56,254 nucleotides of DNA from Myxococcales bacterium (GCA_036393835.1 DASWGI010000112.1:1-56254), one strand, 5' to 3'. Positions 1 to 11,893 are shown, counted from the stretch's first letter. Notes: a model not told the origin generated them from the sequence alone. Numbers and translations are program-made.

Positions 1-2
1 TG

Positions 3-317
3 GTGGTGGGCGTCGACGCGAAAAACGCCGTCATCCTGGTGAACGCGGGCGACGTGCCGCCGGCGATCTCTGGACGCGCCCGCCTCTCGCGCCGCTCGGC
101 CATCCGCGCCGCGAAGTCGGCGCTGGCGGGGATGGTTCCGGGCGAGGTGGTGCGCGCGGCTCGCGGGTGGCGAGGGTTCGGGCAGGTCCTTCGCCCCGTC
201 TGGCGGGTGGATCTCGTCACCGCCCGTCCGCCCGGTGACTGGCGGACCTATGTCGACGCCGGGACCGGGAAGGTGCTCTTCCGCGCCGACCTCCGCACCA
301 CCGCCGCCACCCGGTAG
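3..317 (+). CDS. C-terminal fragment of a gene cut by the window edge (PepSY-like secreted-protein segment)
   Basis: Frame is open from the window start to TAG 315-317. Composition is balanced. VWRVDLVTARPPGDWRTYVDAGTGKVLFRADL resembles a PepSY hairpin. No start lies in the window. Confidence 0.4.
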   Translation: MVGVDAKNAVILVNAGDVPPAISGRARLSRRSAIRAAKSALAGMVPGEVVRAARGWRGFGQVLRPVWRVDLVTARPPGDWRTYVDAGTGKVLFRADLRTTAATR

Positions 318-336
318 GCCGGTCCTCGGCGCTCCG

Positions 337-783
337 TCACTTGTGGTACGGCCCGCCGCGCAGGATCTCGAACGCCCGGTACAGCTGCTCGAGCGCCACC
401 ACCCGGGCCAGCCGGTGCGGGAGGGTGAGGCGGGAGAGGCTCCAGTTGAACCGCGCCTCGCGCAGGACCAAAGGGCCCAGCCCCTCGTCGCCGCCCACGC
501 AGAGGGTGAGGGCCAGGGCGGAGTCGCGCAGGCGCGCGATGCGCCGCGACAGCTCGAGGCTGGTCGCCTGCGTGCCGCGCTCGTCGAGCGCCCACAGCTC
601 CCCGTGGGGAAGGCGCTTCGCCAGGATGCGCTCCGCCTCGCGGTCCTTCGCGTCGGGCCCGCTCGCCGCGGGGAGCTCGACCAGGTCCAGCGGGACGAAC
701 CGCCGGATGCGTTCGGCGTACTCCTGCGCTCCCTGCGCGGTGAACTCCTTGTCCCGGCCGACCGAGACGAGGCGGATCCGCAC
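337..783 (-). CDS. rlmH: 23S rRNA (pseudouridine1915-N3)-methyltransferase RlmH (SPOUT)
   Basis: 148 aa from GTG 783. SPOUT-type C-terminus (LCVGGDEG...SLSRLTLPH). The start overlaps the rsfS stop by 1 nt. Conserved rsfS-rlmH pairing. Confidence 0.9.
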   Translation of the reverse strand: MRIRLVSVGRDKEFTAQGAQEYAERIRRFVPLDLVELPAASGPDAKDREAERILAKRLPHGELWALDERGTQATSLELSRRIARLRDSALALTLCVGGDEGLGPLVLREARFNWSLSRLTLPHRLARVVALEQLYRAFEILRGGPYHK

Positions 784-1181
784 TACGGCCGCGTCATCGG
801 CGCGTCGGACCAGAGGCCTTCGAGGTCGTAGTAGGCGCGCTCCTCGGCATGGAACACGTGCACCACCACGTCGCCGAAGTCGAGCAGCACCCACCGTCCC
901 CCGCGCCCGCCTTCCGACCCGATCAGCCGCTCTCCCGATTCGCGCAACGACTTCTCCACCGAGTCGGCTACCGCCTCCAGCTGGCGCTCGTTGGTGCCCG
1001 AGCAGATGACCAGGAAGTCGGCATAGGTCGCCCTGCCGCGCAGGTCGACCAGCACCACGTCGTCGGCCTTCTTCTCCAGCGCGGCCTCGGCCGCGTGGCG
1101 GGCAGTGCTCTCCGCGTCGTGCGCGTGCGCGCGGGCGCGCGCGGGATTCATGGCGCTCAGTGCGATCGGGACGTTCTGCAT
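783..1181 (-). CDS. rsfS: ribosomal silencing factor RsfS (Iojap family)
   Basis: 132 aa. Motif VLVDLRGRATYADFLVICSGTNERQLEAVADSV...WVLLDFGDVVVHVFH. GAGGAGGAAGGA lies just upstream of ATG 1181 (alternative ATG at 1151). Confidence 0.9.
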   Translation of the reverse strand: MQNVPIALSAMNPARARAHAHDAESTARHAAEAALEKKADDVVLVDLRGRATYADFLVICSGTNERQLEAVADSVEKSLRESGERLIGSEGGRGGRWVLLDFGDVVVHVFHAEERAYYDLEGLWSDAPMTRP

Positions 1182-1207
1182 CCGTTTCCTTCCTCCTCGT
1201 GTCGCGT

Positions 1208-2467
1208 TCACGTACGTACCTGCCCATCGCCCCGCACCACGAACCGGGTGCAGGTCAGCTCGCGCAGCCCCATCGGGCCGTACGCGTGCAGCTTGCTGGT
1301 CGAGATGCCGATCTCGGCCCCCAGGCCCAGCTCGCCGCCGTCGTTGAAGCGGGTCGACGCGTTCACCAGCGTGCAGCTCGCGTCGACCTCCCTCACGAAC
1401 CTCTCGGCGAGCTGACCGTCGCGCGTGCAGATGGCCTCGGTGTGGCGCGAACCGTAACGCGCGATGTGCCCCAGCGCACCCTCGACGCCGTCCACCACCG
1501 CCACCGCCAGGGTCAGGTCGAGGAACTCCCGGCCGAAGTCGTCGGGCGCGGCCGGACGCGCGCCAGGCAGCCAGGGGAGCGCCCGCGCATCGGCGCGCAG
1601 CTCGACGCCGGCCGCCTGCAGCGCCGGGCCCAGCCGCGGCAGCGCCTGCGCGGCGATGCGGGCGTCGACCAGCAAGCACTCCAGCGCGTTGCACACCCCG
1701 GGCCGCTGCGCCTTCGCATTCACCGCGATGCTCTCCGCCTGCCCGAGGTCCGCGTCGGCCGCGACGTAGAGGTGGCAGACGCCTTGGTAGTGCCTCACCA
1801 CCGGGATGCGCGACCGCTCCGCCACGAATCGGATCAGCGAGGTCCCGCCCCTTGGGATGCACAGGTCGATCCGCTCGTCCTGCTGCAGGAGCGTGTCGAG
1901 CAGCGCGCGGTCGGGCGGCACCAACTGCACCGCGTCCTCCGGCAGGCCCGCCTTCTCCAGGGCGCGCTGGAACGCCTCCACCAGGACGGAGTTGCTCTGC
2001 AGCGCCTCCGACCCGCCGCGCAAGAGCGTCGCGTTGCCGCTGCGCAGGCACAGGGCGGCAGCGTCGGCCGTGACCCCGGGGCGCGATTCGTAGATCAGCA
2101 GCACCACGCCCAGGGGGGCCCGGACCCGCTCGACGCGCAGGCCGTTGGGCCGGGTGGTCCGCTCCACCACCTCGCCCACCGGATCGGGCAGCGCGGCCAC
2201 CTCGCGCACGGCCCGGGCGAGGTCCGAAAGCCGTCCGGCGTCGAGCCGGAGCCGATCCAGGAACGCCGCGTTCTGGCCGGCCGCGCCGCGCAGGTCGGCC
2301 GCATTCGCCGCCTCCATCGCGGTCGCCACGCGGGGCGACTCCAGCTCGGCCGCGAAGAACTGCAGCGCGCGGGCGCGCTGGTCGGAGGAGCCGCGCACCA
2401 GCTCGCGAGACGCGGTGCGCGCGCGCTCGGCCAGCTCGACGGCCAGAAGCTCCCGCTCCACGCTCAC
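1208..2467 (-). CDS. proA: gamma-glutamyl phosphate reductase
   Basis: 419 aa from GTG 2467. Aldehyde-dehydrogenase-type ProA motifs ([47 protein letters not shown]). GTGA overlap with the proB stop. Confidence 0.93.
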   Translation of the reverse strand: MSVERELLAVELAERARTASRELVRGSSDQRARALQFFAAELESPRVATAMEAANAADLRGAAGQNAAFLDRLRLDAGRLSDLARAVREVAALPDPVGEVVERTTRPNGLRVERVRAPLGVVLLIYESRPGVTADAAALCLRSGNATLLRGGSEALQSNSVLVEAFQRALEKAGLPEDAVQLVPPDRALLDTLLQQDERIDLCIPRGGTSLIRFVAERSRIPVVRHYQGVCHLYVAADADLGQAESIAVNAKAQRPGVCNALECLLVDARIAAQALPRLGPALQAAGVELRADARALPWLPGARPAAPDDFGREFLDLTLAVAVVDGVEGALGHIARYGSRHTEAICTRDGQLAERFVREVDASCTLVNASTRFNDGGELGLGAEIGISTSKLHAYGPMGLRELTCTRFVVRGDGQVRT

Positions 2468-3609
2468 TGGTGCACCACCAGGTCGTCGCGGTGGACGACG
2501 CAGTCGAGGAGCCGGTAGCCGAGCCGCGCCTCGATCTCGGTGCTGCGCAGCCCCGCGATGCGGCGCACCTCGTCGGCGGCGTACACCGCCAGGCCGCGCG
2601 CGAACGGCCGGCCGTCGAGGGAGACGATCTCCACGGGATCGCCCTGTGCGAAGCTGCCGCGCACCTCGCGCACTCCGGAAGGCAGCAGGCTCTTCTTGCC
2701 CTCGAGCACGGCGGTGCGCGCGCCGTCGTCGACCCGCAGCTCGCCGCGCGCCTTGAGGTCGAGCATCCACCGCTGCCGCAGCCGCAGCCGCTCTCCCTGG
2801 GGGAGGACCAGCGTGCCCACGTCCTCGCCGAGGAGCAGCCGCTGCAGCGCCCGCGGCTCGCCGGGGATGATGGCGCAGGGCACGCCCGCCTCGGTGGCCC
2901 GCCGCGCGGCGCGCAGCTTGGTGACCATCCCTCCGGTGCCCACCTGGCCGGCGGCGTCGCCCGCCAAGGCTTCCACCGCCGGCGTGATGCGATCGATCAC
3001 GGAGATCCGCTGTGCGTCGGGGTCCTTGCGCGGGTCCGCCGAGCAGACGCCTACCGCGTCGGTGAGGATGACCAGGAGGTCCGCCTCGACCAGGTCGACC
3101 ACCATCGCCGCGAGCGCATCGTTGTCGCCGAACTTGATCTCCTCGACGGAGACGGTGTCGTTCTCGTTGATGACCGGCACCACGCCGCGCTCGACCAGCG
3201 CGCCGAGCGCGCGGCGCGCGTTCAAGTAGCGGCCGCGGTGCGCGATGTCCGCGTGGGTGAGCAAGACCTGCGCGCAGATCAGGCCGCGCGCCTCGAAGGC
3301 GTCGTCGTACAGGCGCATCAGCCGGCTCTGGCCGGCGGCCGCCGCCGCCTGCTTGAGCGCCATCTCGCGGGGGCGCGCAGGGAGCTGCAGGCGCTCGACG
3401 CCGAGGGCGACCGCGCCGCTCGACACCAAGACGGGCAGCCGCGCGCCCCCGCCCGCCACCGCGGCGACGTCGTCGCAAAGGGCCGAGAATCGTTCGCGAT
3501 CCAGCGTAGGGGCGCCCGCCTGCCCGCCCCGTCCCGCCAGCACCGCGGAGCCGATCTTGATCACCGGCCGCCGGGTCTGGGCGAGTTGGGTTCGGGGGCT
3601 CTGCGTCAT
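2464..3609 (-). CDS. proB: glutamate 5-kinase with C-terminal PUA domain
   Basis: 381 aa from ATG 3609 (the track ORF extends 11 aa further). Motifs [34 protein letters not shown]-like tail [17 protein letters not shown]. Confidence 0.93.
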   Translation of the reverse strand: MTQSPRTQLAQTRRPVIKIGSAVLAGRGGQAGAPTLDRERFSALCDDVAAVAGGGARLPVLVSSGAVALGVERLQLPARPREMALKQAAAAAGQSRLMRLYDDAFEARGLICAQVLLTHADIAHRGRYLNARRALGALVERGVVPVINENDTVSVEEIKFGDNDALAAMVVDLVEADLLVILTDAVGVCSADPRKDPDAQRISVIDRITPAVEALAGDAAGQVGTGGMVTKLRAARRATEAGVPCAIIPGEPRALQRLLLGEDVGTLVLPQGERLRLRQRWMLDLKARGELRVDDGARTAVLEGKKSLLPSGVREVRGSFAQGDPVEIVSLDGRPFARGLAVYAADEVRRIAGLRSTEIEARLGYRLLDCVVHRDDLVVHQ

Positions 3610-3670
3610 CGGAAGCGCATCTGCGCACCCGTACGATAGCAAAGCCCCCGACTCGGTGCAGAGCCGCTAC

Positions 3671-4039
3671 CTACTCCGCGCGCAAGCAGACGGCCTCGAC
3701 GTTGTGGCCGTCGGGGTCGAGGACGAACGCCGCGTAGTACGTCTCGCCGTAGCTCGGCCTCGGGCCCGGTTTTCCGTTGTCTTTACCGCCGGCCGCGAGC
3801 GCGGCCGCGTGGAAGCGCTGGACGGATGCGCGGTCCTTGGCCTGGAAGGCCAGGTGGAGCGCGCTCCCGGTCCGGCCGGCCCCGAGCCACAGCTGAGGGG
3901 CGCCCGGCCTGCCGAACCCGGCGGACCCGGCCTGCGCGTCGTGGGACTCGAGGCCGTACCCGAGCGGCTCCAGGGCGGCGCGATAGAAGCTCAAGCTCCT
4001 GGCGAAATCCGACACCGGCAATCCGACGTGGTCGAACAT
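3671..4039 (-). CDS. VOC (glyoxalase/bleomycin-resistance/dioxygenase) family protein
   Basis: 122 aa from ATG 4039 with GGAGGA 5 nt upstream. MFDHVGLPVSDFARSLSFY...YYAAFVLDPDGHNVEAV is a typical VOC fold signature. Confidence 0.8.
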   Translation of the reverse strand: MFDHVGLPVSDFARSLSFYRAALEPLGYGLESHDAQAGSAGFGRPGAPQLWLGAGRTGSALHLAFQAKDRASVQRFHAAALAAGGKDNGKPGPRPSYGETYYAAFVLDPDGHNVEAVCLRAE

Positions 4040-4152
4040 GGTTTCCTCCGAGGGTGGAGACCGCCAGGTACCGCGCCGCGCGCGCGGCGTCTTGGCGAAA
4101 GTTGCGGTGCCCGCCACCCGTCCGGTTGCGACGCCTCGTCTACCCGAGCAGG

Positions 4153-5004
4153 ATGCCGGCCATGACGGTGGCGGTGCGGCGGACGAGTTGCGCTCCGGGC
4201 ATCTGCATGACGGACGTGCTCTGCAGCGCGGGGCCGGGGGACGCGCCGTTCGAGGAGTGGCACGCCATCGCGTCCGTCGCGTTCGTCACGCAGGGCGGGT
4301 TCGGGTACCGGTGCAGCGCCGGCTCGGCCGCGCTCGGGCCCGGCGCCGTGCTGCTGGGAAACGCGCGCGGCGCCTACACCTGCACGCACCTCGCTCCCGG
4401 CGGCGACCGCTGCCTCTCGTTCGGCTATTCCGCCGAGGTGGTGGAGGAAGTCGCCGCCTCGGCCGGCGCCACCGGGCGTTTCCGGCGCGCGGCCCTGCCC
4501 GCCGCGCCCGCCTTCGCCGCCCTGCCGGCACTGGCTTTGTCCGCGGTCGAGGGCGCCGGACCGTCGCTGGAGGAGATCGCGGTCGAGGCGCTCGGCCGGG
4601 CGCTCTCCGCGGACGCCGGGGACGGGGCGGGCGCGCCGCTGCGCGCGCGCGACGAGCGCCGGGCAATCGAGGCGATGCGCTCGATCGACGCGGGCGCTTC
4701 CGAGCCGCTCAGCTTGGGAGAGATGGCCGGCCGGGCGGGGCTGGGCCGGTTCCACTTCCTGCGCGCGTTCCGCGGCGCGACCGGCACCACGCCGCACCAG
4801 TACCTGCTCGCGGCCCGCCTGCGCCGGGCTGCGCGGCTGCTCCTGACCACCTCGCTGCCAGTCACCGAGGTCGCGCTGGAGGCCGGGTTCGGCGATCTCT
4901 CCAACTTCATCCGCACCTTCCGCCGCGCGGCCGGCCGGTCGCCGCGCGCGTTCCGGCTGCAGGGCGGCGCTCCCGGCCGCGCGCCTGTCCGGCGGCCCGG
5001 CTGA
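4153..5004 (+). CDS. AraC-family transcriptional regulator
   Basis: 283 aa. C-terminal double HTH (LSLGEMAGRAGLGRFHFLRAFRGATGTTPHQYLLAARL...VTEVALEAGFGDLSNFIRTFRRAAGRSP). Divergent from the VOC gene. Alternative ATG at 4162. Confidence 0.8.
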   Translation: MPAMTVAVRRTSCAPGICMTDVLCSAGPGDAPFEEWHAIASVAFVTQGGFGYRCSAGSAALGPGAVLLGNARGAYTCTHLAPGGDRCLSFGYSAEVVEEVAASAGATGRFRRAALPAAPAFAALPALALSAVEGAGPSLEEIAVEALGRALSADAGDGAGAPLRARDERRAIEAMRSIDAGASEPLSLGEMAGRAGLGRFHFLRAFRGATGTTPHQYLLAARLRRAARLLLTTSLPVTEVALEAGFGDLSNFIRTFRRAAGRSPRAFRLQGGAPGRAPVRRPG

Positions 5005-5034
5005 GGACGCTTTCGCCTGCCTTGGGCGGCGTCC
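5005..5034 (+). terminator. hairpin immediately after the AraC-family stop (possible terminator, weak U-tract)
   Basis: GGACGC-ttt-CGCC-tgccttg-GGCG-GCGTCC, followed by ATATGCTAAG. Confidence 0.3.
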
Positions 5035-5091
5035 ATATGCTAAGACCCAGGGCGCGGCCACCGCGCCGCGGGAGCAGGTACGCGCGACGAC

Positions 5092-6870
5092 CTGTACGGC
5101 AACACCGCGGGCCTGAAGGCGAGCCACTCCCGGCGGCTCCTCGCCACCTACCGCCGCCGCGTCCAGCCACGCGAGCTGTGCTCGCCGGAGCTGGCCCGCC
5201 ACCTGAGCGAGCTGTCGCGCGAGATCGGCCGCCAGATCGGCGTGCTGCTCAACCGCCGCGGCGAGGTCGAGTACGTCATCGTCGGCGACGCCCGCCAGAT
5301 CGAGTTGCCCGACGTTGGCCGCGCCCGCGCCGGCCAGCTCCGTCTGCGCGGTCTGCGCCTGGTGCACACGCACCTCAAGGACGAGCCGCTCACGCGCGAC
5401 GACCTGACCGACCTGGTCCTGCTGCGGCTCGACGCCATGGCGGCGGTGGTGGCGCGCGACGACGGCCTGCCGGGCAAGGTCTACCTGGCCACCTTGCTCC
5501 CGTTCAATCCGGGCGGCGACCTCTACCGCCAGGAGCAGGCGCCGTCGGTGCCTGATCTGGTGTTCGACGCGCTGGCACAGGTTGCGGCGCTGGAGCAGGA
5601 GATGGCCCGCGCCGCCCCGGGCCGGGCGGTGGGGAGCGAGGGCCGCGCCCTGCTGGTCGGGGCGTTCACCGGCGCCCGCCGCGCCGCCGAGGATTCCATG
5701 GCCGAGCTGCGCGAGCTGTCGCGCACCGCCGGCGTGGAGGTGCTCGACGTGATGCTGCAGGGCCGGAAGGAGATCGATCCGCGCACCGTCGTCGGCCAGG
5801 GGAAGCTGCAGGACATCCTGGTGAGGTCGATGGCGCTGGGCGCCGATCTGCTCGTCTTCGACCGCGACCTGTCGCCGTCGCAGGCGCGCCACATCGGCGA
5901 GGCGACCTCGCTGCGCATCATCGACCGCACCCAGCTCATCCTCGACATCTTCGCCCAGCGGGCGCGGAGCGCGGACGGCAAGCTGCAGGTCGAGCTGGCG
6001 CAGCTCAAGTACCTTTTGCCGCGCCTGGTGGGTCGCGACGACTCGCTCTCGCGCCTGGCGGGCGGCATCGGCGGGCGCGGACCCGGCGAGACGAAGCTGG
6101 AGGTGGACCGCCGCCGCGTGCGCGAGCGCATCTCGCACCTCGAGGACCGCATCGACCGGCTCAGCGCCGATCGCGCCACGCGCCGCCGGCAGCGCAGCCG
6201 CGCCGGCGTGCCCGTGATCTCGATCGTGGGCTATACCAACGCGGGCAAGAGCACCCTGCTCAACGCCCTGACCGACTCCGAGGTGCTGGCCCAGGACATC
6301 CTCTTCGCCACCCTCGACCCGACCAGCCGCAGGCTGCGCTTTCCTGGGAGGAGGGCGGCTTTGCCGACCGACGGGCCGAAGGCCGAAGGCCGAAGGCATG
6401 TGGAAGCGAGGGCGGCTTTGCCGACCGACGGGCCGAAGGCCGAAGGCCGAAGGCATGTGGAAGCCGGCGAGGTGATCATCACCGACACGGTGGGATTCAT
6501 CCGCGACCTGCCTCGCGACCTTCTCGCCGCCTTCCGCGCCACGCTCGAGGAGCTGGAGGAGGCCGATCTCCTGCTGCACGTCGTCGACGCGTCGGATCCG
6601 CGGCACGCCGAGCAGGCGCGCGCGGTGGAAGCGGTGCTCTCCGGCCTCGACCTGGAAGGCACGCCCCGCCTCCTGGTCTTCAACAAGCTGGACCGCGACC
6701 CGGACGCCGCCCGGGCGCTCGCCCACCGCGAGGGAGGAGTGGCGGTGTCGGCCCGGACGCGCGAAGGCTTCCCGGAGCTGCTCGCCCGGTGCGAGGAGGT
6801 CCTGTGGCGGCGCGGGCGCGTGCAGGCGCCGGGCCCGGAGCCCGAGTTCGTGCGTCCTCGGCACGGCTGA
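5092..6870 (+). CDS. hflX: GTPase HflX (start uncertain; carries an in-frame 38-aa repeat insertion)
   Basis: HflX N-domain plus G-domain motifs ([39 protein letters not shown]). The first canonical start is GTG 5242, but HflX-like sequence (LYGNTAGLK...) continues upstream to CTG 5092. The in-frame stop is TAA 5041. Confidence 0.85.
   Translation: MYGNTAGLKASHSRRLLATYRRRVQPRELCSPELARHLSELSREIGRQIGVLLNRRGEVEYVIVGDARQIELPDVGRARAGQLRLRGLRLVHTHLKDEPLTRDDLTDLVLLRLDAMAAVVARDDGLPGKVYLATLLPFNPGGDLYRQEQAPSVPDLVFDALAQVAALEQEMARAAPGRAVGSEGRALLVGAFTGARRAAEDSMAELRELSRTAGVEVLDVMLQGRKEIDPRTVVGQGKLQDILVRSMALGADLLVFDRDLSPSQARHIGEATSLRIIDRTQLILDIFAQRARSADGKLQVELAQLKYLLPRLVGRDDSLSRLAGGIGGRGPGETKLEVDRRRVRERISHLEDRIDRLSADRATRRRQRSRAGVPVISIVGYTNAGKSTLLNALTDSEVLAQDILFATLDPTSRRLRFPGRRAALPTDGPKAEGRRHVEARAALPTDGPKAEGRRHVEAGEVIITDTVGFIRDLPRDLLAAFRATLEELEEADLLLHVVDASDPRHAEQARAVEAVLSGLDLEGTPRLLVFNKLDRDPDAARALAHREGGVAVSARTREGFPELLARCEEVLWRRGRVQAPGPEPEFVRPRHG
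6351..6464 (+). repeat. perfect 2 x 57-bp tandem direct repeat inside hflX, in frame (2 x 19 aa)
   Basis: Bases 6351-6407 are identical to 6408-6464 (GAGGGCGGCTTTGCCGACCGACGGGCCGAAGGCCGAAGGCCGAAGGCATGTGGAAGC). There is an internal (CCGAAGG)x3. Confidence 0.95.
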
Positions 6871-6944
6871 CCAACTCGTTCCCGTCCAGCGAGCGCGCGG
6901 CCGCGTCCCGAAGCGGCTAGAACGCATCCCATGAGGTCCGCGCC

Positions 6945-6984
6945 ATGAAAAAGCGTAGCGCCGCCGAATACGGCGGCGGCTAGA
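6945..6984 (+). repeat. dispersed GC-hairpin element, copy A (A-tract + TAG-CGCCGCCG-AATA-CGGCGGCG-g-CTA)
   Basis: The 30 nt CGTAGCGCCGCCGAATACGGCGGCGGCTAG are identical to the reverse complement of 28787-28816. The copy is preceded by GAAAAA. It lies 75 bp after the hflX stop and 11 bp before the next start. Confidence 0.85.
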
Positions 6985-6994
6985 CTCGCCGTCC

Positions 6995-8614
6995 GTGGCG
7001 CTGCTCCTGCTCGGCCCCGGCGTCCTGCTGCATGCGCTCCTCGCGCCGCGTCGACGGGCCGTCGAGCTGCCGCTGCTCGCGGCGGCCTTCTGGGTGATCG
7101 CTCTCTGGTGGGTCCGCCTGCTGCCGTGGGGCTGGACGGCGCCGGTTCTGGTGGTCGGAGCCGCCTCGCTCTGCGCCGGCGTGCTCCTGTGGCGGCGATG
7201 GCCCGACCCGGGGAGCGCGCTCGTGTGGACAGCGGCCGCCGCGGTCGCGGTGGTGCTGGCGCATTCCGCGCTGGTCGCTCCAGGGGTCGACGCCGCGGCC
7301 CACACCGCGGTCGCGCGCATCATCGCCGAGTCGCAGGGCCACCCGCAGGGGTTCCGTCCGCTGTGGCCCATCGACGAGCTGCGCGGCTATCCGCTCGGCC
7401 AGCCGACCTTGACGGCGCTGCTCGCCCGACTCGCGGGCCTCGGTTGGCGCGAGGCCGGACTGTGGGGCCACGCCCTCGCCTACGGCCTGGTGGTGGTCGC
7501 GTTCGCGGCGGCGGTGTGGAGGTGGCGCGGCAGCGCGCTGGGCCTCGCGATCGGCGTCGCCGCGGTCCTCGTCGCCCGGGCGCCGCTCCATTTCTGGACC
7601 TGGGGCGGCGCGCCCAACGCGCTCGGCATTGCGTTCGGCGTGGCCGGGTTCGCGGCCGGACTGGATGCGTTGCGCCAGAAGGACGCGCGCAGCGCGGCCG
7701 CCTGCGCGCTCTACGCGGCGGCCGGCCTGCTCACGCACGCCGTGACGGTCGTGGCGTTCGCGTACTGCGGCGCCGTGCTTCTCGCAGCGGCGCTGCTGCG
7801 GCAGCGCGGTCTACTCCGTGGCTCCGTCCTTCTCCTCGCTGCCGGGGCGTTCGCCGCGCTCCTCTGCGCCCCCTACCTCGCGACCGTGAAGCCGATCGAC
7901 CCGCGCGGCGCGGCATGGATCCGGGCCTGGCTGCACGAATCGGCTACGCTCCGCGTCCTGCCGCGCATGCTGCACGACGTGCCGCTGATCGCCGGCGCCG
8001 CCGCGCTGGTGGCCGTGCTGGCGCGGGCGCCCGGCCGGGCCGTGCTCCCGGCCTCGCTCGCCGCGTTGCTCGTCCTGCTCGTCCTCCAGGGCCGCGCCGC
8101 GGCGCTGCCGGGCAGCGCGTTGCTCTACCCGGACCGCATCGCCGTGCTGCTGCTGTATCCGATCGCGCTGCTGGCGCACGACGCGCTGGACTCGCGGCCT
8201 CGAGCGGCGGCCGCTCTGACCATGGTGCTGCTCGTCCACGCTGGGATCCTCCAGCGCAAGCTCCTGCGGGACGGGAGCGCGCACGCGCTCGCCACGGAGG
8301 CCGACCTGCGCGTGATCGAAGGGGCGAGGCTCCCGGAGGGCTGCTGGGTGATGAACAACTACGGCGACGCGGGCCAGTGGATCCCCGCGCTGCTCGGCCG
8401 GCCCGTCACCTTCCCGCACATCCACGTCGCCTTCTTCGGGCTGGAGCAGCGCGTGCACCCCTGCGCCGCTTTCCGCGGAGAGAAACGCCCCTACCACGTC
8501 GACACCGTGACCTGCCCCGGCCCCGGGTGCGAACCCGTCTTGCGCGACGGCGGGGCGGAGCTGTTCCGCATCGTGGATCCCGCGCTCTCGGTGGAGCTGT
8601 CCGCGCAGCGCTGA
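6995..8614 (+). CDS. large polytopic membrane protein with C-terminal soluble domain (GT-C-like architecture)
   Basis: 539 aa from GTG 6995. More than 10 hydrophobic segments, then a Cys-containing soluble tail. The antisense ORFs are Arg-rich junk. Confidence 0.6.
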   Translation: MALLLLGPGVLLHALLAPRRRAVELPLLAAAFWVIALWWVRLLPWGWTAPVLVVGAASLCAGVLLWRRWPDPGSALVWTAAAAVAVVLAHSALVAPGVDAAAHTAVARIIAESQGHPQGFRPLWPIDELRGYPLGQPTLTALLARLAGLGWREAGLWGHALAYGLVVVAFAAAVWRWRGSALGLAIGVAAVLVARAPLHFWTWGGAPNALGIAFGVAGFAAGLDALRQKDARSAAACALYAAAGLLTHAVTVVAFAYCGAVLLAAALLRQRGLLRGSVLLLAAGAFAALLCAPYLATVKPIDPRGAAWIRAWLHESATLRVLPRMLHDVPLIAGAAALVAVLARAPGRAVLPASLAALLVLLVLQGRAAALPGSALLYPDRIAVLLLYPIALLAHDALDSRPRAAAALTMVLLVHAGILQRKLLRDGSAHALATEADLRVIEGARLPEGCWVMNNYGDAGQWIPALLGRPVTFPHIHVAFFGLEQRVHPCAAFRGEKRPYHVDTVTCPGPGCEPVLRDGGAELFRIVDPALSVELSAQR

Positions 8615-8678
8615 CCCCGCCGGTCGCCCCGGGAAGCCCGGCGTCGAACCGCGCAGACCCGCCGATGAGGGCGGCGGC

Positions 8679-9245
8679 TCACGGCGCCGAGGCGATCCGG
8701 CGGATCAGCTCCACCCGCAGGCGCTCGATGGCGTCCTGCGTCGCCTCGTCCAGCTTCTCCCGGTGCGCCACGCAGGGCACCGACCGGGCGTGCCCGGTGA
8801 CCGTCCCGTGCCAGACGAGCCTCCCCTCCCGCTCGAGGGTGGCATCCAGCGCCAGGCTGGTGTCGTCCCAGCCGGCGTTCACGCCGCCGCTGCGCTCCTC
8901 GAAGGCGAGCCCTGCGGGCGCCCCTCCGAATTGCGGAGGACCGCGGGGCGCGCCCACGTACTCGTCGCCCGTGCCGGCGAAGGTGACGGAGAGGGTGAGC
9001 ACCCACGGGGCCTGCTGCGCGAAGGACGCCCCGGTCTCGCCCAGCGAGGCGATCACCGCGCGCGCCACCGCCTGCGGCAGCTGGGGGGCGAACTGCCCGC
9101 AGCCGATGCTGTCCGATTTGCGCGCGTCCTGCGGCGTCGCCACCGCCAGCGTCACGCCCTTCAGCGCGGTGCGCGAGACCGGCGCCGGCTGCGGCCGGGC
9201 GGCGGCGCAGGCAGCGCAGAGAACCCCGATCGACCAAGCGCGCAT
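8679..9245 (-). CDS. secreted / possible lipoprotein, function unknown
   Basis: 188 aa. N-terminal signal-like MRAWSIGVLCAACAAA. Composition is balanced. Convergent with the upstream membrane gene. Confidence 0.5.
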   Translation of the reverse strand: MRAWSIGVLCAACAAARPQPAPVSRTALKGVTLAVATPQDARKSDSIGCGQFAPQLPQAVARAVIASLGETGASFAQQAPWVLTLSVTFAGTGDEYVGAPRGPPQFGGAPAGLAFEERSGGVNAGWDDTSLALDATLEREGRLVWHGTVTGHARSVPCVAHREKLDEATQDAIERLRVELIRRIASAP

Positions 9246-9324
9246 GCCGAGGAGTGTAACCCACGAAGCAGCGCGGCCGGCCCACCTTCCCGGACCGGCC
9301 GCAAGTCGCGAGCAGAAAGCCTGA

Positions 9325-10773
<1,449 letters not shown>

Positions 10774-10802
10774 CTTCCACTCCTCCCATTGGTGTGCGCG
10801 CC

Positions 10803-10831
10803 TTCGAAACGAACAACGGTCGCGCCGTTGA
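10803..10831 (-). terminator. intercistronic hairpin + U-rich tract between glnB and glnA (attenuator / partial terminator)
   Basis: Minus strand reads CAACGG-cgcga-CCGTTG followed by TTCGTTTCG. It starts 8 nt after the glnB stop. Confidence 0.4.
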
Positions 10832-10837
10832 GGTTCC

Positions 10838-11844
<1,007 letters not shown>

Positions 11845-11855
11845 GGCGGTTCCTC

Positions 11856-11893
11856 ACCGGGGCGGAGGCGGCGCCACGCCTCCGCACCCGGGC
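11856..11893 (+). terminator. strong GC hairpin after the DUF4142 gene (no U-tract)
   Basis: CCGGG-g-GCGGAGGCG-gcgcca-CGCCTCCGC-a-CCCGG. Confidence 0.35.

Noticed and set aside
6351-6464. Tandem repeats here and at 22661-22740 were considered as CRISPR-like arrays.
   Set aside because: The repeats are directly abutting with no spacers, there are only 2-3.5 copies, and there are no cas genes. The first array is inside a coding frame.
6945-6983. 12-codon mini-ORF (MKKRSAAEYGGG) exactly coincident with hairpin copy A, considered as a possible leader peptide.
   Set aside because: The ATG is not present in copies B and C, and there is no RBS. The ORF is most simply a by-product of the repeat element.
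3991-7371. 1126-aa minus-strand ORF spanning the AraC-family and hflX loci.
   Set aside because: The translation is Arg/Ala/Gly/Pro-rich and low-complexity. It is antisense to two genes with clear family motifs. Long stop-free antisense frames are expected at this G+C content.
9273-9302. GCGGCCGG...CCGGCCGC hairpin downstream of glnA, considered as a terminator.
   Set aside because: The loop is 14 nt and there is no U-tract, so the structure alone does not support a terminator call.
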